A DNA stretch of 64,000 nt from Thermodesulfovibrionales bacterium. Lineage in GTDB: Bacteria; Nitrospirota; Thermodesulfovibrionia; Thermodesulfovibrionales; UBA1546. The position numbers were made by a program, and so were the translations under genes. The stretch is from contig JBAQLV010000013.1 of the NCBI GenBank assembly GCA_049302185.1, forward strand, positions 166,084 through 230,083, read 5' to 3'. The stretch's first letter is position 1. Each line of letters begins with the position of its first letter. Below, piece by piece: positions 26,140 to 36,309 of this stretch. A model generated the notes under the pieces. That model was not told the DNA's origin and did no database searches. It saw only the letters and a list, made by a program, of their open reading frames with translations.

Positions 26140-27564
26140 ATGGTGTTTGAACAATACAGAATAATTCACTTTGTCGGCATCGGAGGTATAGGGATGAGCG
26201 GGATAGCAGAGGTCCTTCATAACCTCGGCTACGAAGTCACAGGTTCGGATGTTAAGGAGTCTGATACGACAAACAGGCTGAACAGCCTCGGCATAAAGGT
26301 AGATATCGGACACAGAGCGGAAAATGTCGATGATGCCCATGTTGTGGTTATATCCTCTGCTGTTTCTAAGGACAATGCTGAGGTGGTTGAGGCAAAAAGA
26401 AAATCAATCCCTGTAATCCCGAGAGCTGAGATGCTTGCTGAACTCGCAAGGATGAAATACGGGATACTCGTTGCAGGCGCGCACGGAAAGACAACAACGA
26501 CTTCGTTAATCGCAACAGTGATTGCAAGCAGCGGGCTTGACCCTACAGTTGTTATAGGAGGAAAACTCAGGGCTACAGGAAGCAATGCAAGATTGGGGCA
26601 GGGAGATTTCCTTGTGGCAGAGGCTGACGAGAGCGACGGTTCATTCCTCAGGCTTTCTCCGACCATCGCAGTTGTGACGAATATAGACAGGGAACACATG
26701 GATTTCTTTAAGACAATGGATTCATTGAGAGATGCTTTTCTGTCTTTCATAAATAAAGTCCCGTTTTATGGAGTGTCGATAGTATGCATTGAAAATGAGG
26801 AGCTTCGTAAGCTGCTGCCTTATGTGCATAGGAGATATATCACATACGGACTCTCGCCTGACGCTGATGTGTATGCTGCTGATATAAAGAAAGGGTTTAT
26901 GACAGTGAGTTTTGATGTCGTGTATAAAGGGGGAAATCTTGGCAATTTCAGCCTGCCTGTGCCCGGTGTGCATAACATCCTCAACAGTCTCGCAGCAATA
27001 ATAGTTGCAAGGGAATTGAAGATAGAGGCAGGCCTAATAAAAGAGGCTCTGAAAAAATTCAGCGGGATACAGAGGAGATTTGAATTAAAAGGAGAAGAAA
27101 AAGGGATAAAGGTTTTTGATGACTATGGACATCATCCTACCGAAATAAAAGCGACTCTGAATGCGGCAAAGGATGGGCTTCTGGCCCGGCAGGTCGTTGC
27201 GACTCGCAACCGAGGCGCAGGGAGATTATTTGTTATATTCCAGCCTCACAGATATACGAGGACAAAAGACCTTATGGATGAGTTTACACCCTGTTTTTCT
27301 GAAGCTGACATTCTTTGCTTGATGGACATATATTCTGCAGGTGAAAAGCCTATAAATGGCATTGATTCCAATGCGCTGCTTGACCGCATCAAAAAGACAG
27401 GGCATAAGGATGCTGCTTATTTTCCCGACAGAGGGAAACTCATGGAAAATCTTCTTATGAGATTGAAAAGCGGAGACGTGGTTTTCACGCTCGGCGCAGG
27501 AGATGTCTGGAAACTCGGTGAGGAGATATTAAAGAGAATAAAGGACAGGGGAGATGGCAAATAA
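26140..27564 (+). CDS. murC: UDP-N-acetylmuramate--L-alanine ligase MurC
   Basis: IHFVGIGGIGMSGIAEVL N-terminus, Mur ligase P-loop GAHGKTTTTS. The start was moved to the ATG at 26140, which has the RBS AAGGAG. Confidence 0.9.
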   Translation: MVFEQYRIIHFVGIGGIGMSGIAEVLHNLGYEVTGSDVKESDTTNRLNSLGIKVDIGHRAENVDDAHVVVISSAVSKDNAEVVEAKRKSIPVIPRAEMLAELARMKYGILVAGAHGKTTTTSLIATVIASSGLDPTVVIGGKLRATGSNARLGQGDFLVAEADESDGSFLRLSPTIAVVTNIDREHMDFFKTMDSLRDAFLSFINKVPFYGVSIVCIENEELRKLLPYVHRRYITYGLSPDADVYAADIKKGFMTVSFDVVYKGGNLGNFSLPVPGVHNILNSLAAIIVARELKIEAGLIKEALKKFSGIQRRFELKGEEKGIKVFDDYGHHPTEIKATLNAAKDGLLARQVVATRNRGAGRLFVIFQPHRYTRTKDLMDEFTPCFSEADILCLMDIYSAGEKPINGIDSNALLDRIKKTGHKDAAYFPDRGKLMENLLMRLKSGDVVFTLGAGDVWKLGEEILKRIKDRGDGK

Positions 27565-28510
27565 AAAGCAAGCCATAGTAGATGAACGTTTGTGGAGGAA
27601 GATAATCTCTCCCCGAGAAACTCGAGGCGAGGTGAAGTTCAAGGAGCCCATGAAGGCGCATACATATCTTCAAATAGGCGGCCCGGCAGATGTCTTTGTA
27701 TGCCCGCAGGACACAGTGTCTCTGGAAAACATTCTTGCTGCGCTGAATGAAGAACGCATCCCTTTTGTAACAGTTGGCGGAGGCACTAACATCCTTGTAA
27801 AAGATGGAGGAATTTACGGAGCGGTTATTTCATTAAAGAATTTCAGGCGCAGTGACATTGCAAAGGAAGAGAAGGATATGGTCATGTTTTTTGCCGAGGC
27901 AGGGACACCGCTTCAGAAGCTTGTGAGTTTTTCAAAAGAGCACGGATACTCCGGCATTGAAGGGCTTGCCGGCATACCCGGTTTTGTCGGAGGCGCAATC
28001 GCAGGGAATGCAGGGGCGTTTGGCTATTCAATAAAAAATTCGCTTGTCTCTGTGAGGATGATGAACCCTGATAAAGGGATATACGAGATGAGCGCCTCTG
28101 AACTCGGGCTTGAATACAGGGCGTCAAAGCTGCCTGAAGATACTGTTATCTTGAGCGCAAACATGAGGCTGAGAAAGGATGTGAAAGAAGACGTAGCAAA
28201 AAGGATAAATTCTTTCCTTAAGCAGAAACGCGAGACACAGCCTCTGTCAGAGATGTCTGCAGGTTGCGTATTCAGAAATCCCGAAGGCGCATCCGCAGGA
28301 AGGCTGATAGATGAAGCAGGCTGCAAGGGAATGCGAATCGGAAATGCGGAAGTAAGCAGAATGCACGCAAATTTTTTTATCAATAAAGGCGATGCGAAGG
28401 CATCAGATTTTTTGAAGCTTATGGATGAGGTAAAAAAAAAGGTAATGAAAGTTTTCGGCACAGAGCTTGAGCCGGAGATAAGGATTCTGGGGAGAGATGT
28501 TAACAGATAA
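27554..28510 (+). CDS. murB: UDP-N-acetylenolpyruvoylglucosamine reductase MurB
   Basis: FAD-binding domain ([19 protein letters not shown]), C-terminal MurB domain ([10 protein letters not shown]). Confidence 0.9.
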   Translation: MANKKQAIVDERLWRKIISPRETRGEVKFKEPMKAHTYLQIGGPADVFVCPQDTVSLENILAALNEERIPFVTVGGGTNILVKDGGIYGAVISLKNFRRSDIAKEEKDMVMFFAEAGTPLQKLVSFSKEHGYSGIEGLAGIPGFVGGAIAGNAGAFGYSIKNSLVSVRMMNPDKGIYEMSASELGLEYRASKLPEDTVILSANMRLRKDVKEDVAKRINSFLKQKRETQPLSEMSAGCVFRNPEGASAGRLIDEAGCKGMRIGNAEVSRMHANFFINKGDAKASDFLKLMDEVKKKVMKVFGTELEPEIRILGRDVNR

Positions 28511-29468
28511 AAAGATAGGCGTTTTAATGGGCGGCATATCCAGCGAGAGAGAGGTTTCGCTGAGAAGCGGGGGCGCGGTTTTCAATGCCCTGAAAAAACT
28601 CAGGTATAACGCTGTTGCTATAGATGCTGCGTCAAACATATGCGAGGTGTTGAAAAAAGAGAAGATTGATATAGCATTTCTTGTTCTTCACGGAGGCTGG
28701 GGAGAAGACGGCTCTATACAGGGGCTTCTTGAAGTTATGGGAATTCCTTATACAGGGTCTGATGTCATTTCCTCGGCGATTGCAATGAACAAGGCGGCGT
28801 CAAAGAAGATATTTTTTTATCACAGAATTCCATCTCCGCCATTCATAATAGTTCGGAGTTCGGAGTTCGGAGTTCGGAGTTCGTTGCAAGGATATGATCT
28901 CAAAACTCAAAACTCAAAACTCAAAACTGATTTTGAAATGCCGTGGGTTGTCAAACCTGTATGTGAAGGGTCAAGCGTTGGTGTGAGCGTAGTGAAGGAC
29001 AAAGCCCAGATTGAAAGCGCGCTCAAGAATGGTTTTTCATACGGCAACGAGATAATCATAGAAAAATACATAGAGGGCAAGGAAGTCCATATAGGGATTA
29101 TTAATGACAGGGCGCTCGGAGGTGTTGAGGTAAAGACATCACTTGAATTTTACAGCTACGAGGCAAAATACACAGCAGGTTTAACTGAATATATACTCCC
29201 TCCTAAAATAGAGGAAGCAGTGTATATGAAGGCAAAAGATATTGCCCTTTCAGCGAACAGAGCGCTCGGTTGTTCAGGAGCGACAAGGGTTGATTTGAGG
29301 ATTGATAATGACGGCAATCCCTATGTGCTTGAAGTTAACACAATACCGGGCATGACAGAAACAAGCCTCTTGCCGAAGATTGCAAAGGAGGCGGGATTTG
29401 ATTTCCCGGCGCTTGTGGAGGAGATTCTTAAAGACGCAATTGAAAGAGAGCAGAAAAGGCATAGATGA
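28497..29468 (+). CDS. ddl: D-alanine--D-alanine ligase Ddl (with in-frame heptamer-array inserts)
   Basis: ATP-grasp; N-terminal [18 protein letters not shown]; C-terminal [16 protein letters not shown]. Inserts [10 protein letters not shown] and [10 protein letters not shown] are encoded by (GTTCGGA)n and (CTCAAAA)n. Confidence 0.9.
   Translation: MLTDKKIGVLMGGISSEREVSLRSGGAVFNALKKLRYNAVAIDAASNICEVLKKEKIDIAFLVLHGGWGEDGSIQGLLEVMGIPYTGSDVISSAIAMNKAASKKIFFYHRIPSPPFIIVRSSEFGVRSSLQGYDLKTQNSKLKTDFEMPWVVKPVCEGSSVGVSVVKDKAQIESALKNGFSYGNEIIIEKYIEGKEVHIGIINDRALGGVEVKTSLEFYSYEAKYTAGLTEYILPPKIEEAVYMKAKDIALSANRALGCSGATRVDLRIDNDGNPYVLEVNTIPGMTETSLLPKIAKEAGFDFPALVEEILKDAIEREQKRHR
28855..28931. repeat. 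(GTTCGGA)4 and (CTCAAAA)4 arrays inside ddl
   Basis: Period-7 repeats; encode SSEFGVRSS…[10 protein letters not shown]. Confidence 0.7.
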
Positions 29469-30244
29469 GGAATAACAGAAGGATAAATAAGCAAACAGCA
29501 GCGCCAAGAACTAAAAAACGGCGCTGTCTGCTTAAATTGTTTGCACTGGTTTTGCTTATAACAGGCGCATACTGGGGCGCTAAATATGCCATTGATACTG
29601 CACGCAGGACGCTGTTCCCGGTAAAAGAAATTGTGTTTTCAGGCAACAAACATATCTCCGAGAGCGAGCTAAAGGCAATCATGGGAATTAACGGAAATGA
29701 GAGTCTTCTTGGATTATCATCAAAAGAACTTGAGGCAAGGCTTTTGAAATCTCCGTGGATAAAGGCAGTCAGCTTCAGAAAGGATTTTCCGCACAGGTTT
29801 ATAGTCAGGATTGAGGAGTCAATGCCCTATGCGCTTCTTGAGATGAACGGCCGCACATTCTTTGTGGACGACAAAGGCAATCTGCTTGAAGAATTAAAAG
29901 GCGAATCCATACCGTTTTTGCCGATAATCTCAGGGGACCTGTTCAAAAACAGCAGTGTATTTTCTGAGGTATTGAATCTTGTAAGGACAATGAAGGATAA
30001 AGGTTTCATAGCTGTGAAGGATCGCATAGAGATCATAATACCGCATGGAGCAGGGCCAGAGGATATTTCGATGCAGGTTGACGGCATGCTCGTAAAAGTC
30101 GGGCATGGAGAATATGAGGAGAAACTTCAGAGGCTGCTTGAGCTTGAAGATGAGATAATGCGGAGAGGAATTCCTGTTGATTATATTGACCTCAGATTTG
30201 CAAACAAGGTCATAGTTAAACCGATAAACGAGGTCATAAGATGA
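29465..30244 (+). CDS. ftsQ: Cell division protein FtsQ (POTRA domain)
   Basis: Basic N-terminus, a single TM helix, POTRA-like segment ([22 protein letters not shown]); position between ddl and ftsA. Confidence 0.7.
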   Translation: MRNNRRINKQTAAPRTKKRRCLLKLFALVLLITGAYWGAKYAIDTARRTLFPVKEIVFSGNKHISESELKAIMGINGNESLLGLSSKELEARLLKSPWIKAVSFRKDFPHRFIVRIEESMPYALLEMNGRTFFVDDKGNLLEELKGESIPFLPIISGDLFKNSSVFSEVLNLVRTMKDKGFIAVKDRIEIIIPHGAGPEDISMQVDGMLVKVGHGEYEEKLQRLLELEDEIMRRGIPVDYIDLRFANKVIVKPINEVIR

Positions 30245-31572
30245 GAATAAGAGATCCGCTTGGACGAAAAGGAAATATTGTCGTCGGGCTTGATGTCGGC
30301 ACAACCAAAATATGCGCCATCGTAGGCGAGGTTAGAGGCGGCAAGACTGATATTATAGCCATAGGTTCGGCCCCATCAACAGGTTTAAGAAAGGGTGTTG
30401 TGATAAATATAGAATCTACTGTTGATTCAATAAAGAAGGCAGTAAAAGATGCCGAGGCAATGGCAGGCATTGAGATAAAGTCTGTTTATGTCGGGATTGC
30501 CGGAGGGCATATAAAGGGTTTTGAGAGTTATGGGGCTGTCGGCATAAAAGGGAAAGAAGTAAAGCCTCAGGATGTTGAGCGCGCCATAGATTCTGCAAGC
30601 GTTGTATATGTTCCGCTTGACAGAGAGGTTCTTCATGTAATCCCCACTGAATTCATACTTGACGGACAGGATGGGATAAAAGACCCGGTTGGCATGGCAG
30701 GGGTCAGGCTTGAGGTAAAGGTTCATATAGTTACAGGCGCTGTGCCGTCTGTGCAGAATCTTCTTAAGTGCTGCGAGAGAGCAGGCATTGATGTCATTGA
30801 TATTGTGCTTGAGCCTATTGCCTCTGCAGCGGCAGTGCTTACGGAAGACGAGAAAGACCTCGGCGCCGCGCTCGTTGATATAGGCGGAGGAACAACAGAC
30901 ATCGCGATATATAAAGATGGAAGCCTCAGGCACACAGCGGTTCTTGCGCTTGGCGGCAATCATTTTACGAATGATATCGGTATTGGTTTGAGAATCCCTG
31001 TGCAGGAGGCGGAGAGGATAAAGAAAAAATATGGCTGTGCGATTACAAGTATGGTTGATGAGGCAGAGGAGATGGATGTTGCAGGCGCAGACAAACAGGT
31101 AAGGAAAATACCGAGGCGGTATATCGCAGAGATTATACAACCGAGGTGTGAGGAACTTACAGAATTGATAAAGCGTGAAATAGAAAACAGTTCCGGACTT
31201 GAGCCCGGATTGTCTGGGGTTATTTTGACAGGCGGAGCATCCCTGCTTGCAGGGCTTGACAGGTTAATGGAGGCAAATCTGGGACTTTCGGTGAGAATCG
31301 GAATGCCTGATGGGATAGAGTCAAGCTGCGCTTCAAACTCACCTCTCTTTCAGAGTAATGTGAATAATCCGATGTATTCAACAGGGGTAGGCCTTATTCT
31401 CCACAGCATAGATGGAGAGCCTGTCCCGAACGCTTTCGGGATTAATGGAGATATGTTCAACGGGATATTTGACCGGATGAAGGAATGGGTAAGAAATCTG
31501 TTCGGTGTTAATGGTCATGAGTTGAGAGGTAAGTCCCGAACGCTTTCGGGATCAATGAGGCAGAGGATATGA
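30241..31572 (+). CDS. ftsA: Cell division protein FtsA (actin-like ATPase) with an unusual C-terminal extension created by a direct repeat
   Basis: Actin fold phosphate-1/2 motifs (VVGLDVGTTKICAIVGE, DIGGGTTDIAIY) and an amphipathic membrane-targeting helix (GIFDRMKEWVRNLF), followed by about 21 extra residues. Confidence 0.9.
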   Translation: MRIRDPLGRKGNIVVGLDVGTTKICAIVGEVRGGKTDIIAIGSAPSTGLRKGVVINIESTVDSIKKAVKDAEAMAGIEIKSVYVGIAGGHIKGFESYGAVGIKGKEVKPQDVERAIDSASVVYVPLDREVLHVIPTEFILDGQDGIKDPVGMAGVRLEVKVHIVTGAVPSVQNLLKCCERAGIDVIDIVLEPIASAAAVLTEDEKDLGAALVDIGGGTTDIAIYKDGSLRHTAVLALGGNHFTNDIGIGLRIPVQEAERIKKKYGCAITSMVDEAEEMDVAGADKQVRKIPRRYIAEIIQPRCEELTELIKREIENSSGLEPGLSGVILTGGASLLAGLDRLMEANLGLSVRIGMPDGIESSCASNSPLFQSNVNNPMYSTGVGLILHSIDGEPVPNAFGINGDMFNGIFDRMKEWVRNLFGVNGHELRGKSRTLSGSMRQRI

Positions 31573-31766
31573 GCAACAGAAAAGTTAGAAGTTAAAAGTT
31601 TAAAGTGAGTTTTTGTCATTGTCCTCCTCCGGCTTGACCGGGGGATTGACCGGACAATCCAGAACATAGTGAAAACACTGGATTCCCCGATCAAGTCGGG
31701 GAATGACATTAATGTAAATGTACAATTTATGGACAGACACTATTAACTATAAAAGGGGGGTGTTTT

Positions 31767-32945
31767 ATGTTTGAAATGGAAGAAGTGAGAGGGCAGGGAG
31801 CAAACATCAAGGTTATAGGTGTAGGAGGCGCGGGCGGCAATGCCGTTAATAACATGATAGCCTCTAACCTCCACGGAGTTGAATTCATAGCAGTTAATAC
31901 CGACAGCCAGATACTTGAGACTTCGCTTGCCGCTGCAAAGGTGCAGATAGGCTTGGAGATTACAAAAGGTCTCGGAGCAGGCTCAAACCCTGATATAGGA
32001 CGGGAGGCAGCGCTTGAAGACAGGGAGGCGATTGCAGAATCCCTCAGAGGCGCTGACATGGTATTTATAACAGCAGGGATGGGCGGCGGAACAGGCACAG
32101 GCGCTTCTCCTGTTGTAGCAAACATTGCAAGAGAATTAGGCGCCCTGACAGTTGCTATTGTTACAAAACCGTTTTTCTACGAAGGAAGGAAAAGGGCTAT
32201 CAACGCTGATATAGGCATGAAAGAGCTTCAGAGCTGTGTTGACGCCATTATCGTTATTCCCAATGACAGGATAGGACTTGTCGTTGAAAAAGGCACGCCG
32301 ATGCTAAAGTCATTTGCCGTTGCGAATGATGTCCTCAGACAGGCTGTTCAGGGAATATCAGATCTGATATTAATTCCGGGACTTATAAATCTTGATTTTG
32401 CCGATGTGAAGGCTGTAATGGCAGACGCAGGAAGGGCTGTAATGGGTATAGGTCTTGGAAGAGGAGACGGAGGAGCGCTTGAAGCAGCGAGAAAGGCTAT
32501 CTCAAACCCTCTGCTTGAAGATTCTTCAACTGAAGGCGCAAAAGGAATTATTCTGAATATCACAGGAGGTCTTAACCTGTCGCAGAGTTCTGTTCAGGAT
32601 GCCGCCGGCTTTATCTATGACCTTGCAGATAATGAGGCAAATATAATATTCGGGGCAGTGATTAATCCTAACATTGAGGATGAGGTCAGGGTAACTGTGA
32701 TTGCAACAGGTTTTGAGGGAAAGAAAGAGAAGGTAGAACTTCCTCAGGTCAAAAAGTGGAATCCTGTTAAAGAGCCGTCAAATTTTAAAGGCTCAGACAG
32801 GGTTCTTGCAAAGAGCCTTAAGCCTTATTATTCGGCATTGCCTATGCCTGCACAATGTGAGCAGGACACACCGGAGTTTATGCCTTATGAGGATCCGCTT
32901 GATGTCCCTGCATTTATGAGGAAAACAGTTCAAAAAGTTATATAG
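31767..32945 (+). CDS. ftsZ: Cell division GTPase FtsZ
   Basis: Tubulin signature GGGTGTG (GMGGGTGTGASPV), T7 loop NLDFADV, conserved C-terminal peptide (DVPAFMRK). Confidence 0.95.
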   Translation: MFEMEEVRGQGANIKVIGVGGAGGNAVNNMIASNLHGVEFIAVNTDSQILETSLAAAKVQIGLEITKGLGAGSNPDIGREAALEDREAIAESLRGADMVFITAGMGGGTGTGASPVVANIARELGALTVAIVTKPFFYEGRKRAINADIGMKELQSCVDAIIVIPNDRIGLVVEKGTPMLKSFAVANDVLRQAVQGISDLILIPGLINLDFADVKAVMADAGRAVMGIGLGRGDGGALEAARKAISNPLLEDSSTEGAKGIILNITGGLNLSQSSVQDAAGFIYDLADNEANIIFGAVINPNIEDEVRVTVIATGFEGKKEKVELPQVKKWNPVKEPSNFKGSDRVLAKSLKPYYSALPMPAQCEQDTPEFMPYEDPLDVPAFMRKTVQKVI

Positions 32946-33193
32946 TTGTTTCCCTCCATAAGGGGCTTCCGTCCCCCCGGAAGCCCCTCTCCCCCTTGGT
33001 TCGCTGAAAAAAGTATAAATGATAACGGAGGGAATAAAATGTTAAAGAAAATGTGTTTTTTAACTGCTGCTTCAGAAGGGGATTATAAAGACAATACCTA
33101 TAGGTGTTGTCAATCAAATCTCCTATATGGTATTCTTTCTCTATCGTTTTGTAGGGACTCACCTGTAAAAATAAAAAGGTGAAAGGATTTCAG

Positions 33194-34216
33194 ATGAAAT
33201 TGCGGGAGATTGCAGAACTGCTTGGCGGAGAGATTGCAGGCGGACCTGATGTAGAGATAAAAGGGGCTGCCGGGATATCCGATGCAAAAGACGGGGATAT
33301 CACATTTCTCTCAATGGCCAAACTTATCAGTGAATGCATTGAGAGCAAGGCGTCAGCAGTAATAGTAAAAGATACTGTCCCTGAGATAAAAAAACCTCAG
33401 CTTAAGGTTTCAAACCCGCAGTATGCATTCGCAAGGCTTCTTGAGCATTTTTATGTAAAGCCGTTTATAGCGTCTGGCATAAGCGATAAGGCATATGTAT
33501 CTGATAAAGCCAAGATAGGGGAAAACGGATCTGTATATCCCATGGTATTTGTCTCGGACGGAGCATCAATAGGCAGTAAAACAGTAATATATCCCGGAGT
33601 ATTCATAGGAGAAAATTCTTCTGTTGGAGATGAGTGCATAATTTACCCCAATGTGACCATCAGGGAAAATGTAAAGATCGGCAGCAGGGTGATAATCCAT
33701 TCAGGCGCTGTAATAGGCTCTGACGGTTTTGGATATGTGATGGAGAAAGGGATACATTATAAGATCCCTCAGGTAGGAGGCGTTATCATCGGAGATGGTG
33801 TTGAGATAGGAGCAAATGCCACAATAGACAGGGCAACGACAGGCAATACCATGATAGGCAGAGGCACAAAAATAGATAATCTTGTTCAGATTGCACACAA
33901 TGTAAAGATTGGAGAAAACTCCGTTATTGCAGCACAGACCGGTGTGGCAGGAAGCACAGAGATAGGGAACTATGTCGTGTTCGGCGGGCAGGTCGGCGTT
34001 GCCGACCATGCAAAGATTGATGACGGCGTCATGGTAGGAGCGCAGTCAGGAGCAATGGGACATGTCAAAAAAGGTATATATTCAGGCTCGCCCATGATTC
34101 CTCATAGGGACTGGCTTAAGTCAATAGTAATATTTGCTAAACTTCCTGAACTTAGCAAGAGAATAAAAGAACTTGAAGATATGATAAAAAATATTGAAAG
34201 GAGAGAACAGAGATGA
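33194..34216 (+). CDS. lpxD: UDP-3-O-(3-hydroxyacyl)glucosamine N-acyltransferase LpxD
   Basis: Left-handed beta-helix hexapeptide repeats; the start was moved to the ATG at 33194 (RBS AAAGGA). Confidence 0.9.
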   Translation: MKLREIAELLGGEIAGGPDVEIKGAAGISDAKDGDITFLSMAKLISECIESKASAVIVKDTVPEIKKPQLKVSNPQYAFARLLEHFYVKPFIASGISDKAYVSDKAKIGENGSVYPMVFVSDGASIGSKTVIYPGVFIGENSSVGDECIIYPNVTIRENVKIGSRVIIHSGAVIGSDGFGYVMEKGIHYKIPQVGGVIIGDGVEIGANATIDRATTGNTMIGRGTKIDNLVQIAHNVKIGENSVIAAQTGVAGSTEIGNYVVFGGQVGVADHAKIDDGVMVGAQSGAMGHVKKGIYSGSPMIPHRDWLKSIVIFAKLPELSKRIKELEDMIKNIERREQR

Positions 34217-34644
34217 TGGATATTATGGGAATACAAAACATGATTCCGCACAGGTATCCTTTCCTTATGATTGACAGGATTGTGGAGATGGAGCCGAATG
34301 TAAGAGCTGTTGGAATAAAAAATGTAACTGTTAATGAGCCTTTCTTTCAGGGACATTTCCCCGGAAACCCGATAATGCCCGGAGTTCTCATTGTTGAGGC
34401 AATGGCGCAGCTTGCAGGTGTGCTTGCATTCAGTTCAGGAATGCAGGGCAGTTCGGTTTATTTTATGAGCATAGAAAAGGCAAAGTTCAGGAAACCTGTT
34501 GTGCCCGGAGATCAGATAAAGCTTGAGATTAAAGTGCTTCAGCAGAGAGGCAATGTATGGAGATTTTCAGGACATGCGCTTGTTGATGAGAAGGTTGTAT
34601 CGGAGTCAGAATTTACGGCAATGCTCATGGCAAAGGAGAAATAA
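34213..34644 (+). CDS. fabZ: 3-hydroxyacyl-[ACP] dehydratase FabZ
   Basis: Hot-dog fold and active-site motif [19 protein letters not shown]. Confidence 0.95.
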   Translation: MMDIMGIQNMIPHRYPFLMIDRIVEMEPNVRAVGIKNVTVNEPFFQGHFPGNPIMPGVLIVEAMAQLAGVLAFSSGMQGSSVYFMSIEKAKFRKPVVPGDQIKLEIKVLQQRGNVWRFSGHALVDEKVVSESEFTAMLMAKEK

Positions 34645-35423
34645 TGGAGACCGGAATACATAAAACGGCAATCATAGATCCAAAGGCATCAATAGATGAA
34701 GGGGTGCAGATAGGCCCTTTCTGCATTGTAGGCGAGGGCGCCAGATTGAAGAAAGGGACCAGGTTAATATCAAATGTAATAATAGAAGGCAATACAGAGA
34801 TTGGCGAAAACTGCACAATACATCCTTTTGCAGGCATCGGGCTTCCGCCGCAGGACATAAAATACAAAGATGAAAAAACTGGCGTAAAAATAGGCAGCAA
34901 TAATATAATCAGGGAATACGTAACAATTCACAGGGCGTCAGTCGGCGGAGACGGAATAACTGAAATCGGCAGCAACAATTTCCTTATGGCTTATGTCCAC
35001 ATAGCGCATGACTGCAAAGTTGGTAACAATACTGCCATGGCAAACCTGGCCACACTTGCAGGACATGTTGTTGTTGAGGACTATGCATTTATTGGTGGTA
35101 TTGTTGCAATTCATCAGTTTACAAGGATTGGCGCTTATGCCATGGTGGGGGGCTTCAGCGGTGTGGGACAGGACATACCTCCTTATACAATGGCGTCAGG
35201 CCCAAGGGCAAAACTGTTCGGGCTTAATTCAATCGGGCTTAAGAGGAACAATTTTCCTGATTCAACAATTAATGATCTCAAGAAGGCATACAGGATACTG
35301 TTCAGGGAGAAACATACACTGAAGGATGCTCTCAAAAAGGTTCAGAAAGAATTGCCCCAGACAGATGAGATGAAACATCTTGTGGAGTTTATTGAGAAGA
35401 ATAAAAGAGGAATATGCAGGTGA
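34644..35423 (+). CDS. lpxA: Acyl-[ACP]--UDP-N-acetylglucosamine O-acyltransferase LpxA
   Basis: Hexapeptide-repeat beta-helix plus a C-terminal helical domain; position after fabZ. Confidence 0.9.
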   Translation: METGIHKTAIIDPKASIDEGVQIGPFCIVGEGARLKKGTRLISNVIIEGNTEIGENCTIHPFAGIGLPPQDIKYKDEKTGVKIGSNNIIREYVTIHRASVGGDGITEIGSNNFLMAYVHIAHDCKVGNNTAMANLATLAGHVVVEDYAFIGGIVAIHQFTRIGAYAMVGGFSGVGQDIPPYTMASGPRAKLFGLNSIGLKRNNFPDSTINDLKKAYRILFREKHTLKDALKKVQKELPQTDEMKHLVEFIEKNKRGICR

Positions 35424-35425
35424 AG

Positions 35426-35500
35426 ATGATACAGGATGCAAGATACAAGATGCAGGATAAAAAACATTGTGTATCATGCATCGTGCATCATGTATCGTTA
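35426..35500. repeat. (GATACAA/GATGCAG)n array followed by a (TGCATCG/TGCATCA)n array upstream of lpxI
   Basis: Period-7 repeats in partly inverted orientation. Confidence 0.6.
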
Positions 35501-36309
35501 TGAAGACACTTGGATTGATTGCAGGGATGGGTGAACTGCCGAAGCTTGTTGCTGACGAGGCAAGGGAGAAGGGATACCGTGTTTTTGCCATCGGCCTTGA
35601 ACCTTTGGCAGACAAGGACCTCTCAGACCATGTTGATAGTGTAAAGAGAATAAGCGTAGGCAAACTTGGCGAGATAATAAATACCCTCAAGAAGAACCAC
35701 ATTAAAGAGGCTGTGATGGCAGGGAAGGTTCCCAAGTCTCTGATCTTCAAAAGCAAAGTAATTCCTGATTTAAGGGCAGTGAAACTGCTTTTTTCCCTCA
35801 AAGACAAGAGCGATGATTCCATACTCCTTGCAATTGCAAAGGAACTTGAAAAAGACGGCATCAAACTTCTTAACACAACTGATTTCAGTTCATCTTTCAT
35901 GACGCCGGAGGGAATACTCACAGATGAAAGGCTTTCTGAAAACGAATGGAAGGACATAGCATTTGGATGGAAGATAGCAAAAGAAATAGGGCGTCTGGAC
36001 ATAGGGCAGACTGTTATTGTGAAAGATCAGGCTGTTATGGCTGTTGAGGCGATAGAGGGAACAGATGAGGCGATTCTCAGGGGCGGAAAGCTTGCAGGAA
36101 AGGGTGCTGTCGTTATTAAGGTTGCTAAGCCCAAGCAGGATATGAGGTTTGATGTTCCTGTTGTTGGAATGAACACGCTTAAGTCCATGATAGAGGTTAA
36201 TGCCCGTGTCCTTGCGATAGAGGCAGGCAAAAGCATTCTCCTTCAGCGCAAGAAGATTATAAAAGAGGCTGATGAGGCAGGGATATCTGTTGTGGGGTAT
36301 AAGGAGTAG
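35500..36309 (+). CDS. lpxI: UDP-2,3-diacylglucosamine pyrophosphatase LpxI (DUF1009)
   Basis: N-terminus MKTLGLIAGMGELPKLVADEAREKGYRVFAIGL is typical of LpxI; position directly after lpxA. The start was moved to the ATG at 35500, past upstream heptamer-repeat sequence. Confidence 0.7.
   Translation: MKTLGLIAGMGELPKLVADEAREKGYRVFAIGLEPLADKDLSDHVDSVKRISVGKLGEIINTLKKNHIKEAVMAGKVPKSLIFKSKVIPDLRAVKLLFSLKDKSDDSILLAIAKELEKDGIKLLNTTDFSSSFMTPEGILTDERLSENEWKDIAFGWKIAKEIGRLDIGQTVIVKDQAVMAVEAIEGTDEAILRGGKLAGKGAVVIKVAKPKQDMRFDVPVVGMNTLKSMIEVNARVLAIEAGKSILLQRKKIIKEADEAGISVVGYKE

Noticed and set aside
32946-33182. 78-aa ORF in the ftsZ-lpxD spacer
   Set aside because: No RBS; the composition looks like a translated spacer. 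Skp/OmpH would be expected here, but this ORF has no signal peptide or Skp-like sequence.
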